From Guillardia theta CCMP2712 (Eukaryota; Protista; Cryptophyta), in contig NW_005434568.1 of the NCBI RefSeq assembly GCF_000315625.1, positions 58,989 through 110,934 of the forward strand: DNA of 51,946 nucleotides, given 5' to 3'. Made by a program: the position numbers and the translations under genes. This document shows positions 35,351 through 47,200 of this stretch, piece by piece (positions within the stretch are counted from its first letter, which is position 1; each line of letters opens with the position of its first letter). The notes beneath the pieces were generated by a model. That model saw only the letters and a program-made list of their open reading frames with translations. It ran no database searches and was not told the origin of the DNA.

Positions 35351-36748
35351 ACGTACCAGCGTACCCGTCCGTTGAATGCGGATCCTTGGTCTTCGGGGTG
35401 GGTAAGGGTAGTTTATGATGAGGGGTGGGTGATGAGAGTTGGAGCTAGCACAGACACGAGGGGTGGGGCATGTACGGAGAAATTTGAAAAGGAAACACTA
35501 TGAAAATGGGGGTAGGGGTCACTTCTACAGCAGGAGATCCGCCATTTGTAGGGTGGGGTGGGATGATCGATTGTTGGGGGTGGTATCCGGCTTTACTCCC
35601 TCTCTCAGGTGATATATGGACGAAAAGGAGGACCCTGGGTGGATTCCTGGGTAAAGAAGGGGTGGAAAGGTGATCGGGTAAGGTTGAAAGGTCGATGGTA
35701 CTACTACCTGCCAGCACAGTGGAATGGTGGGGCGGATGGGCTAAGTGAGGTGAAAAAGGTGGGTAGGGTGAGTCAAAAAAGGGGTAGGGGTGCTACTAGC
35801 ACGATCTCCAAACTTTTATTCCCCAAGTTTGGTGACATCCTGATCAGAGCTTCAATCAAGTTTCAACAGATGACAAGATAATTTGAAGCTGGTTCCCAAA
35901 ATTCGACTGAACATTTTGAAGTATTTTCATTACTGGGGCGGACCTGGATCCTATCATTTTATTCCCCAAGTGAACTACCCTACCCATCAAGGTACCCTCT
36001 ACTGGGTCTTAAAATTCAACCCCACCCCCTATATTTCCCGATAGTTTGTGGACACCCCCGGGGAGTTGCTCGCGTAAAAGAAATTCGAGTACCCCTAGCG
36101 TCAACAACCAGCGCAGCCGCACGGTCGGAATGGCATAGGGCACAAGGTACACATTTTCATAAGTAAAGCTATAGCTTGCTTCCTGGCAGGATATACTGCA
36201 AGGGAGCTTTTGTTGGGGGACAGAAGAAGGATTACCCCCCTACCCCAAGAATCAGTACTCCCCTGCACGGGCTGTTTTTTTGTCACCCCTTCTTCCTTGA
36301 TCCCATCAAACCCTACCCCAAAATATCTTACCCCTACCTACCCTCCGCGTCGATTGGGGTTCTGAACCCTACCCTATCTGATATTCCCCAAATCAACAAA
36401 ACCGCCCCAGAGGGGGGAGTCCAGTACCCCACCCCGATCAGGACACCCTACCCTTACTCCAACACCCCTACCCCCTAGAACTCTCACCCCCACCCCACGT
36501 GCGTCACCGATTGCGTCCTGAGTCTTCCCCCCAAATCCCTTCATCCCCTCCCCCCCCGCCTCCGCCGCTGTTTCCTCCTTCCCCCGTCTTCTTCCCCCAC
36601 TTCGCGTTTGCTCCCGGCACTTCACCCTCCTCCTCATTAAAAGCCAAGCTCCCCTGCCTTCTGCTCCAGCACACTCCCGCTCGCTTCTTTGTCCTGCACA
36701 TCTTTCCTCCCTCGGAACTCCTTGTTTGATATTCCACGTACCTTTGAA

Positions 36749-38269
36749 ATGGATCAAATCATCACCTCCAACATAGAACAGATGAACATCGTTGCCATCG
36801 ACGAGATCGAAGCGATCTCCGAGACCATCATCACGCCTCAGCAAGTCTTCGAGGAAACCATCCCCGTTGCTGTCATTCAGAAATCTGCCCCCGCGGAAGA
36901 AATCATCACATGCGACGATGATTGGGGCGTTTCCAAGTTTGTTTACTCGAACAGCATTGATGGAATCTTAGCTGAAAACAAAGTCCGTGTGCTGCCGGCT
37001 GGCTACAACACCGCTGAGCTCATTCTCGACATCTCCGCGGAGTCTGAGGAGCAGGATCCTTTCTACATTGTTGATCTCACTACCGTTCTCACCAAGCTCG
37101 ATGACTGGAAGACTCTCATGCCCCGCGTGAAGCCATTCTATGCCATGAAGTGCAACAACGATGGTATCATCTGCAAGATGCTTTGCGATGCTGGGTGCGG
37201 ATTTGACTGCGCCTCCAAGGCGGAGATTGAGGCTGCGCTTCAGTTTGGCGTCTTGCCCGATCACATCATCTATGCCAACCCCTGCAAGCAGGAGAGCATG
37301 CTGCGCTATGCTCGCTCAGTGGGAGTCAAGAAGATGACCGCGGACAATGTTGAGGAGCTACACAAGATTGCGAATTGCTTCCCTGAAGCCAAAGTCGTCC
37401 TTCGCATTGCTGTCGATGATTCCAAGTCCGTCTGCCGTTTCAACTCAAAGTTCGGTGCTGCGCAGCACGAATGGGATGTCCTCCTGAGGACCGCCAAGGC
37501 TCTCGACCTTGATGTTGCAGGCTTCAGCTTCCATGTTGGCTCAGGATGCGGAGATCTCAAGCCCTTCGCCGACGCAGTGGCTGCAGCCAGGGACGCCTTC
37601 GACCAAGCTGAGGCTTACGGATTTTCCCCTTCCATCCTGGACTGTGGTGGAGGGTTTCCCGGGACCAATGACGGGGCCTTCTCTTTCCACGAGGTCGCCA
37701 GCACGATCTCGAATGCCATCGACCATTTCTTCCCCCCGTCTTGTGGAGTTCAGATCATCGCTGAACCCGGCAGGTACATGGTAGCAGCAAGTCACACCTA
37801 CTCAGTGTCTGTCATCGCCAAGAGGCAGCTCACAGCAGCACAGCTAGCTGATAGTGCGGCGATCGAATCCTTCGGATCGCGCAGCGATAAGGATCACGAT
37901 GGGGCTCACGATTCTGGCTTCAAGAAGGCAGAAGAGGTACGGGACTCCAACACGCCCGAAGTAGCTCTATACATCAACGACGGATGTTACGGCTCCTTCA
38001 ACTGCATCGTGTTCGACCATGCCATCATCACTCCCAAGGTCCTCGGAACCAAGTCTGCCCTTCCCTTCGATACGCCGTCCAAGCTCTTCGGACCCACTTG
38101 CGACAGCATCGACGTGGTCATGCCTTGCACTCTCCTTCCCCAGCTTGATATCGGCGACTGGATCTGGTTCCCCAACATGGGCGCTTATACTCGCTGCGCG
38201 GCGTCTCGCTTCAACGGCCAGGGAGCCTTCAACATCCATTACGTTTGGGCTGGAGTGCCGTCCAAGTAG
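36749..38269 (+). CDS. ODC1: Ornithine decarboxylase (fold III PLP enzyme), single exon, 506 aa
   Basis: PFYAMKCN (PLP lysine), GFDCASKAEI, IIYANPCK, SFHVGSG, LDCGGGFPG, IIAEPGRY, NDGCYGSF, FGPTCDSID (catalytic Cys) and NMGAYT all intact. First in-frame ATG at 36749. Confidence 0.95.
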   Translation: MDQIITSNIEQMNIVAIDEIEAISETIITPQQVFEETIPVAVIQKSAPAEEIITCDDDWGVSKFVYSNSIDGILAENKVRVLPAGYNTAELILDISAESEEQDPFYIVDLTTVLTKLDDWKTLMPRVKPFYAMKCNNDGIICKMLCDAGCGFDCASKAEIEAALQFGVLPDHIIYANPCKQESMLRYARSVGVKKMTADNVEELHKIANCFPEAKVVLRIAVDDSKSVCRFNSKFGAAQHEWDVLLRTAKALDLDVAGFSFHVGSGCGDLKPFADAVAAARDAFDQAEAYGFSPSILDCGGGFPGTNDGAFSFHEVASTISNAIDHFFPPSCGVQIIAEPGRYMVAASHTYSVSVIAKRQLTAAQLADSAAIESFGSRSDKDHDGAHDSGFKKAEEVRDSNTPEVALYINDGCYGSFNCIVFDHAIITPKVLGTKSALPFDTPSKLFGPTCDSIDVVMPCTLLPQLDIGDWIWFPNMGAYTRCAASRFNGQGAFNIHYVWAGVPSK

Positions 38270-38431
38270 ATAACATCCTGTGATGATACCCTAGTAATAA
38301 AAATGCCTTTCAAACTCGTTTTATTGTGTGTCTGGAGACTAAATGATTGGCAGCAGAAGGTATGGATGTAGTAATAAGGAAGATTGTGCATGATTGGTAA
38401 TAGATGTGTTCCTTTTTTAACAGTTTTACTG

Positions 38432-39376
38432 TCATCCGATGCTGTCTTTCTGAAATTGTAGCTTAAAAGCACGGAGCAATCCTTGATATTCGCCGTTCAC
38501 TATCCCACCATACTGCAGCAGAGATAATGTGAGAATCACAATGCTGGCCTTAAGGCACCCACCTTCTGATCCATTTTCAGGTATTTCAGCACGGACCCTG
38601 AATTTCTTTGCAATGCAAACGCGATTTCCCTGCATCTGGTTGGAAGAAACTGGTCAGTAAGACAAGAAACAAAGCTCGCATAAGCGCACCCGTCTTTCTC
38701 TATGTCGTTGCCTGAGATGTCAAGCTTCGTGAGTGACATATTGAATTGGAGTGCGTTGGCGAGGTAACGGGCCCCTTGATAGCCGATACTCTCATTCACC
38801 AACCCCAAAGTCTTTAAGTTGGTGTTGGCAGCGAGCGCAGCTGAAATAGTCATACACCCTCCATCCCTTATGTCATTGCCATCAAGAAACAATGTCGAGA
38901 TGTCCTGCAACGACTTCGCCAGGTATTTCCCTCCCGACACCCCGAGAAAGCAGTTTCGGATGTGCACTGTGCTCAGACTGCTGGCAGCCTGGTAGTGCTT
39001 GATGATGTCGATCACATCTGAGCCGTTGGTCGGCTCATTCTGCCATGTGATGGCCACGACCACCCCCCGCTGCAGTGCCTCCTGCGTGGTAGCCTCCTTT
39101 AGGGTGCCGGGTACGATTACCCGCACGACTCCTGATCCGTCTTCCTTGGGAGGGAAACTCTCGACCACCCACTGCACAGCGAGTCAGTGCGAACATGCAA
39201 CGCATGCGAGCCGTGACCTCGGGGAAGTTCTGGGATGAGATGATGCCTGTCAGCTTTTCACACCGCATTGGGCGCTTCCCGCTTTGAATCGCGTTGAACA
39301 GTTGGACCGAAGTCATGGCTTCTGTCTCGCCGTTCTCACCCTTTCTTGCACCTGACAGCACGGTGAGCCTTGGCAT
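38432..39376 (-). CDS. Leucine-rich repeat protein (RNI-like/NLRC3-type repeats)
   Basis: LFLDGNDIRDGG, LKTLGLVNESIGYQGARYLANAL, LTKLDISGNDIEKDG; four exons join in phase. Confidence 0.8.
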
Positions 39377-39553
39377 GAAACAGGTAGCTCTGTGAAGACA
39401 CTAGTTTCCAGGGGTACTCTGAGCCCCCCCTTTTTTAAACCCCCCCCCTAGGGTTAGGTTAGGATGTTTTTTTGGTGGAAAGTGTATGTATCTTTATAAC
39501 CCTGTTTTATTTTTTTTTTAGATAAATACGCCGGAGAAATTTATATTATTTTA

Positions 39554-40358
39554 ANNNNNNNNNNNNNNNNNNNNNNNNNNNNNNNNNNNNNNNNNNNNNN
39601 NNNNNNNNNNNNNNNNNNNNNNNNNNNNNNNNNNNNNNNNNNNNNNNNNNNNNNNNNNNNNNNNNNNNNNNNNNNNNNNNNNNNNNNNNNNNNNNNNNNN
39701 NNNNNNNNNNNNNNNNNNNNNNNNNNNNNNNNNNNNNNNNNNNNNNNNNNNNNNNNNNNNNNNNNNNNNNNNNNNNNNNNNNNNNNNNNNNNNNNNNNNN
39801 NNNNNNNNNNNNNNNNNNNNNNNNNNNNNNNNNNNNNNNNNNNNNNNNNNNNNNNNNNNNNNNNNNNNNNNNNNNNNNNNNNNNNNNNNNNNNNNNNNNN
39901 NNNNNNNNNNNNNNNNNNNNNNNNNNNNNNNNNNNNNNNNNNNNNNNNNNNNNNNNNNNNNNNNNNNNNNNNNNNNNNNNNNNNNNNNNNNNNNNNNNNN
40001 NNNNNNNNNNNNNNNNNNNNNNNNNNNNNNNNNNNNNNNNNNNNNNNNNNNNNNNNNNNNNNNNNNNNNNNNNNNNNNNNNNNNNNNNNNNNNNNNNNNN
40101 NNNNNNNNNNNNNNNNNNNNNNNNNNNNNNNNNNNNNNNNNNNNNNNNNNNNNNNNNNNNNNNNNNNNNNNNNNNNNNNNNNNNNNNNNNNNNNNNNNNN
40201 NNNNNNNNNNNNNNNNNNNNNNNNNNNNNNNNNNNNNNNNNNNNNNNNNNNNNNNNNNNNNNNNNNNNNNNNNNNNNNNNNNNNNNNNNNNNNNNNNNNN
40301 NNNNNNNNNNNNNNNNNNNNNNNNNNNNNNNNNNNNNNNNNNNNNNNNNNNNNNNNNN
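39554..40358. other. Assembly gap (N run) with low-quality homopolymer-rich flanks (~39420-39553, 40359-40705)
   Basis: Run of N bordered by poly-G/C/A/T tracts. Confidence 0.99.
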
Positions 40359-41049
40359 GGGGGGGGAAAAATTTTTTTGCCCCCCCCCTTCCAAAAGGGG
40401 TTTTTGGGGGAAAAATTAAAACCCCTGGGGGCGCGGGGTCTTTGGGGAAAATTTTTGGGGAAAAAAAAAAAACCCTTTTAAATTTTTTCCCCCCCCCAAT
40501 GGGGGGCTTCCCCCCTTTTTAAAAACGGGGGTAAAAAAATGGGGGCAAAAATTAAAGGGTTTTTTTTTTTCCCGTTTTTTCCCCCCCTTTTTTTGCCCCC
40601 TAAAAAGCACGGGGGGGCCCTTGGCAAAAAAAAAAAAAAATTTTTGGGAAAAACAAATTTTCAGAGGGTATTTTGAGCCCCCCCCCCCCCCCCCCCCCCT
40701 CCCCCACCGTACAGCCATAGATTGTATCATGTGGGAACATGAGGAATACTTGGTACTCGAGATTAATAGTTTGCAAAAAGGTTGATGCCTCTCAGTAACA
40801 TTTCTCTATGAGAAACTTCTTCTTCACAAACAGCGCCTGAAACATTCGATCTTCTCAACGTCATGAAGCCCAAGTTGAAACCCATCACTCGTCGATGGTT
40901 TGCGCTTTGTACAATTTGTTTGTTATGCACTTACAGCATTTGAACGTTTATCGTCTTCGTGCTCACATGACTTCCCTCCCTCCCTCCCTTCCTCCCTCCC
41001 TCCCTCCCTCCTCCCTCCCTCCCTCCTCCCTCCTCCCCTCCAATCATGT

Positions 41050-41475
41050 CACGGCCGTTGATCCTGACAGTGGCCCTCATCCCCTGATGTCCCGGACCGT
41101 ACTGAACTTGCCGCAGCGCCCGGCGCGGCGCCCGGGCCCCGGTGAACGTCCGATCCAGGTCCGTAATCCGATCAGAGTCGCCGGAGCGGCCTTCAACCTT
41201 CACTGAGTCAGTCGGACGCCAGCTGACTCTGCCCGGCCGCGGCGGCCGGGCGTTCGTGAGTCCGACCGTTCCGGGACTGAGAGTCGGAGGCCGGGCCGCC
41301 GGCCGGGCTCGGCTGCCAGAACGTCGGACTCCAAACGTCACGGACGTCAACCGCCCGGGCCCGGGCGGCGGTCCCAGCGGCGACTGAGTCACAGTGACCC
41401 GTCACGGCGGCCGTCCGATCACCCGGGGCCGCACTCAGCGGCAGCGGCGCCGCTCGCGAGTCGGCGGCTGCGGCT
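41050..41475. promoter_or_regulatory. GC-rich palindromic island 7
   Basis: TGAGTCA (41204, 41385), perfect 18-bp palindrome CCGCCCGGGCCCGGGCGG (41351-41368), CCGTAC, GAACTTG, CCGATC; upstream of DOP1. Confidence 0.5.
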
Positions 41476-41883
41476 GGAGTGAATTGGTTGAGTACCACAC
41501 ATGAGGGCAGACCAGAGAAGCCACGGCATTTGTATGCAGTGCTGTATGCAGTGAGGGATGGGGTTGGGGAACTGAAGGAGGACAGAGGGTAGAGGGAAGC
41601 AGCTTGTTCTTGCCCTTCGAACCATCCTCTGATCGCCTTTGAGTGTCTATGAGCCATGGTGAACGTGAATGACTCCTGTCGTGATTCAACGAGATTTGTG
41701 ACCTCTGTGCTAATGGTGATCGTGGTTCATGGGAGCTGATCGCATGCTCTTCAAGGTATGAGATGTCTTGTCCTTGAGAGCAGGTAGCTTGCTGGGATCA
41801 TCTCGCATCGACAGCTGCTCTGATTGTTTGCCCCGCACTGCTTCGAGGCTGGTCCTGTTCTACGGCAGGAACTAGTTTCGCAA

Positions 41884-44186
41884 ATGGCTGATCGGGAGGT
41901 TGAAGAGCTCAGCAAGCAGTTTCCCAAGTTCAAGTCGTTCGCAACTGAAGTAGAGAACTGCCTGTCGCTCTTTGAGAGGTCCAAGGAATGGTCGGACTAC
42001 GTCAGCGCGCTCTCCCGACTCATCAAGGTCCTTCAACGACATGATTTCAACGACGTCGGCAAGATGGGGAGCCTTTCAGTGATCCCGGACAAGGCGCTGG
42101 TTGCGAGGAGGCTGGCTCAGTGTACGAACTCCATCCTCCCCAGTGGAGTCCACAGGAAAGCCCTCGATGCTTACCGCGTCCTCCTGACGAGGATCGGGCC
42201 CTCGCAGCTGGCGGTAGACCTGGTGCTGTGGAGCTCAGGGCTCTTCTCTCTCTTTCCACATGCCAACACCGAGTGCAAGAACATCCAGCTCCGTCTCATC
42301 GTTGACTTCTACATCCCTCTAGGCATGAACTTGGTCCCCTGCTTGGAGGGCCTTGTTATGTCCCTCCTCCCCGGGATTGAGGACGAGGCGGCCGCCTTCT
42401 ACTCTGACACAGCCGCTTGCTTGGACCTCGTGAAGCACGCGACCTCTACCGAGCATTTCTTCAAGGCTCTCTGGTGGCTGCTGGGAAGCAGCGCCAACGT
42501 GCGCCTCCCGCTCCTCGCGCTGCTCAACCGCCAGATGAGCAGGATGGGGGGGGTCAAGGCAGCTGGGGTGATGCCGAGCAAGGAGGTAGTGTTCCGGGGG
42601 CTGTCGGTGTCTCTAGAGGACTCTTCGATTCTAGTTCAACGAGGACTGCTGGACCTGGTCATTTCTCACTTCCCTCACGCCAGCGAGGACGTCGGGTTCA
42701 GCTCGCAGGATTGGCTTCTCCTCACCCGAACAGCTCTGCGACTGTACGCAAGGAGAGATATGTCGCTCACCCGCCGGCTCCATACCTGGTTCATGCCGGC
42801 AGTGGAGGAGGAGGAGGCTGCTGAAGAGGAGGAGATGAGTAAGAGGAGGAAAAATATCTTGATGGAAGCTGTCTCTTCGCTCCTCTGCGAGGGTTATACC
42901 GACACGCTGGGAGCGACGCTTCCTTTCCGCGTGATCCGCTCGCTCATGGAGAAAGTGGAGCTGCGCGAGACGATACCTCAACAGCTCGGAGTTCCCATTC
43001 TCCGGGCAATATGCGATGCAAAACTGCAGGAAGGAGGAGGGGAAGGAGGAGGAGGAGGAGGAGGCGGTAGCGGAGGAGTGGGAGGTGGTATTGGAGGAGG
43101 CGATGTGCTTGACCACCCGGGACCTTCCAACAAGGATCACAGGAGAGAGAGGTTCCATTTCGCTGCTTCTACCCTGAGAGAGCTCGATCCTCGTATCATT
43201 TGGGCCACGTTATTCAATCACCTGCTAACTATGTGGCATGCTTCTCTGAAGGTCGTTCTCTCCTTCCCTCCCTCCCTCCCTCCCTCCTCCTTTCCTTCTT
43301 ACCATGTTGCAGCCCTTCTTGGCTACATCTCCCAATTTCTTCCTTTCACGCTTGCAATCTCTTTCTTTCTTCCATTATCTTCCATTACTGCCCCTTCCCC
43401 TCCAACGTCCCGACTGACCTGCTGTGCACAGGAGAACAAACGCAGCGATGAGTTTGTCCATGTCATCGAGCTAGTCGAGCTCTTTCTCCTTGAGTTCGTG
43501 AGCAAGACTTCCGCGAATGTGCAGTACGAGGAGGAGGAGGACGTCGATCCTCTTGCCCTTGCCCTCCGTGTGCTGGGGGATCTGAGCGGTGCTGCTTCCG
43601 CTGAAGCTCTGAGTATCCTCCGACATGATCGCCGTCTCCTCCTCCCTGATGTCTTGCTCTCTTCCATATCCCGTATCAATGCCGTGCTAACGTGCCTGAT
43701 CCAACTTGCAAGCAGCCTTCAGTTCAACAAGGACGCGGTAGGAGAGCGATGGGAGTTTCTGTCGGACAGCTTGTGCAGAGGAGGGAGGGGAAAGGGGAGC
43801 GAGGAGGCATCTTCTTTATATCCGATCGAGAACATCTGCAGAGTCTTGTGGTCCATGGTGCAGATCATAATACGCTATGAAAGGGGCAAGGAAAGCATCA
43901 AACTGCACATCCGAGGAGGAGGCGAACTTTTCAAGACTTTCCGTATTTCCATACAGCTGATCGTTTCCCTGCTCTGCGTCCTTTTCAGCATGGCAAAGAC
44001 AGACTTCATCCTGAGTCTGACCCAGGAGGGACAAGGAGAGCGTGAGAGACAGGGCAGAGTGACTTATGAGAATGTAACGACGGAAGAAGGGGGAAAAGAG
44101 CAAGCACCAGCGGAGGAAACAGCAAGTGAAAGAGTAGAGATGGTCACCGAAGGCCAACCTGTAGGATCCAAACCAGAAGGTGGAGA

Positions 44187-44221
<35 letters not shown>

Positions 44222-47200
44222 AGGCGAAGGTTCAGCTGAATTGGCTTCGAAGTCTCTTCTCCTGCTGCAGCATCGGCAACGCTGCGATCTCCTGCATGGG
44301 CATCAAGGCGCTGCTCGACCTCCGTGACCTCGTGGGTCACGACCGGGTGGTCATGCGATGGCCCGTGTGCGGAACAAACGACTGGACGGGGCTGGCAGGG
44401 ATGCTGTGGGCGGCGCTGGAGGATGAGACGGCGGCAGCAGTTGCTGCGAGGCTGTTCCTTCGGATTCACGGGATCGATGGCAGGTGAGATGAGATGTGGG
44501 GAGATGGGGAGAGTTTGAATTCAGTGAGGAAAGAGTAAGACTAGGGAGGGAGGGAGAGAGGGAGGGAGGGAGGGAGGGAGGGAGGGAGGGAGGGAGGGAG
44601 GGAGGGAGGGAGGGAGGGGCGGAAGCAAGACGTGACAGCAGAGGAGTTAGTCTGGACTCTTCTTTTTCGTGTGTTTCTCTTGTATCTGGTTCCTTACCAA
44701 GTTGTTCTGCTGCAGATCTTGCCGCACTGTCCTCTCGAATGCACTACTGGGGGAGGGGGAGATGGATGGTGCGAGGAAAGGAGGGAAGCAGAGGAGGGGG
44801 GGATTCCAGCAGAAGCTGTTGGGAAGTGATTTTCAGCTCGGCTTTGGGATGGAGGACGATGGTGTGGAGAGGAAGCAGATGGCGAGGTTGAGAGGCTACG
44901 CGCGATTCAGCAAGCTGTGGAGCTCAGCGGGAAGGAGCGAGTACTCAGCGGAGCAGAGGAGCGCGCTCGGCCACGGCCTCCTGCTGGCTGTAGAAGCTCT
45001 TAGCGACCCAGATCAGAGCATGCAGCTCGCGGCGCGCTCGTTCCTGCTGGGAGCGATCCACGAGACGGAGAGGGTACTTGATCCCCTGCTCTCTGTCCTC
45101 CTCGCCGTCGGAGAGTCGACCAAGGAGCCGCTGGACGCAAAGCGCATCACCCACATGCTAGGCAGGCTCACTTGCCTCGTCTCCTGTACCTACGAGGTCC
45201 TCGTGCGGGGGAGGAGCGGGGAGGGAGGAGGAGGAGGTGCTGCCTCCACCCCGATATCTCAGCACATTGCCCAGCTGGATGCGAACTGGGTCAAGCTCAT
45301 CTCTCGCTCGGTCCAGCTGTCGACCGCAGAGCCCAGCTGGGAAGTGGGCGTTTCACCCCCAGGGACCCCGCAAAGTCGAGGGCTGCTGAGCAGCTGGGGA
45401 GGGACGAGGACGGGGAGTGCCGGCCGGCAGAGGCAGCCGGCGACCCCCAACGAAGTTTGGATGAGGCAGCAGGAGCAGAGCATGTCGCTGTTCCTGCCCC
45501 TCCCCCCGTCGTGCGACTATCTCTCAGCCATGGTGATGATCGCCGCTCGCTTCCTCTCCGCTGGGTTCCGCTGGCTGGCGCACGGGGAGGCAGCGGCGCT
45601 GAGGAGTGAAGCTGCAGACTTCATCATGAGCATCCTGCAGGCAGAGACGGACGGGGAGCAGCTGCTGAGGCTGACGCGCATGATCGCGCTCCCAGTCCTC
45701 GTGCAGATGCAGGAGGCGCTGAGGGAGGATGACTGTACGACCCAAGTGAAGCTCCTAGAGCTTCTTGCCGTCATCCTTGCCAAGACAGACGGTATCCTCC
45801 TCCAGGTATCCTCGCACGAGAGCCCCGTCCTCCAGCCACAGGGCTCCTCCTCCTCCTCCTCCTCCTTGGACTCCCTCGGCGTTGCTCGGCAGGTCTTCCT
45901 GCGCTGCGTGCTGGCGGGACTGGAGCACGAGCATCCCCTGGACTCAGTGGCTAGCGACCACTGGCTCTCCTTCACCGTGAGCTGCATCCCCTTCCGACGG
46001 GTGCAGGACAAGCTGGAGCTGTTCCTCATCCCTGTCCTGACTTCGCTCTGCAAGAGGATCGTCCACCGATGCCCCTGCTCGTACGAGGACGAGGCGGCGC
46101 ACGAGGCGTTGTCGCTGCTCAAGGGAGTGTCTGTGGTGTTCAAGAGGAGCCTTGCGAGCAGGGAGGGAGGGAAACTTTCCTCGTCCTCCTGGCAGCTAGC
46201 AGGCGCGGTCAAGGGGCATGGCAGCGGAAGGAAGGATCCTGACATGAATCAGCAGCACAGCAGCCGCAGCTCAAGAAAGATGCTGGACATCTCTCTGTGG
46301 GGGAACGGCTTCTTCTCCTCCTCCCAGGAGGAGAGTACTCCTGTTCCTACCGATGCCTCCTTTGACGTGCTCCTGAAGCTGCTGTCTCCTCCTGGCTGGA
46401 TCCCTGGTACCTATCTGCTGCTCCTCGATCCCTCCGTTCACGCTTCCTACTACCCTCTCCCCTCCTCTCCCCTCCTCTCCCCTTATCTTCGTCCCCTCTC
46501 CCTGGCCTTGGACTCCTTCTGACTTTCGTCTCCCTCCTGCAGAGTCAGCAGGGACTTCTTCAGTGATGGGAGCGCTGCTCGGAGCATGGGGGGAGGGAGT
46601 TGAGGAGGAGGGAGGAGGGAGCGGCGCCTCTCTGTATGCTCACTTCAGCCTCGGGGCTCCTGAGTTGTTCGCGGATCTTTGGACTGACAGTAATGAGATG
46701 GGATGGGAGTTCAATACGATGGAAGAGGAGGGGGAGAGGGAGGGGATTAACGATCATGATGCTGATGATGATGTTAATGACCATGAAGAGGAGACAAGAG
46801 ATGAGTGATACGTGATGGAGGAGGAGGAGGAGGAGGCAAGATGAGGGAACAGCAGGAGGAGGAGGAGGAGGAGGAGGCGGCGGCGGATAGCTGATTGGGT
46901 TCTGATGTCATCGATGACGATACAGGCAATCAGGAGGAGGAAGAATGATATATCGCAGCGTCTCAAGTACAGCGAGTCCAGGTTTCCTTTCCATCTCCAT
47001 CCTTTAGGCGCCCTTGAGTTTGATTCTCCTCCTCCTCCTCCTCCTCCTCATTTCGCGCTCTCCTCCCTTATCCTCATTGTCTGGCCTTCATCGTCTTTCT
47101 TAGAGACTGATCACCAACCAGCGTTCTTTTCTTCCTGCAATTTCATCTGGCAAGGAGGACAGGAACAGTCGACCCTCTCCTCAAAGCGATGGTATCGACA

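Noticed and set aside
36496-36501. E-box CACGTG upstream of ODC, reminiscent of Myc control of mammalian ODC
   Set aside because: A single hexamer cannot be distinguished from chance
39449-39463. Telomere-like TAGGGTTAGGTTAGG
   Set aside because: Too short and lies in the low-quality flank of the gap
39546-40730. ORFs spanning or next to the N run
   Set aside because: Artefacts of Ns and error-prone homopolymer sequence
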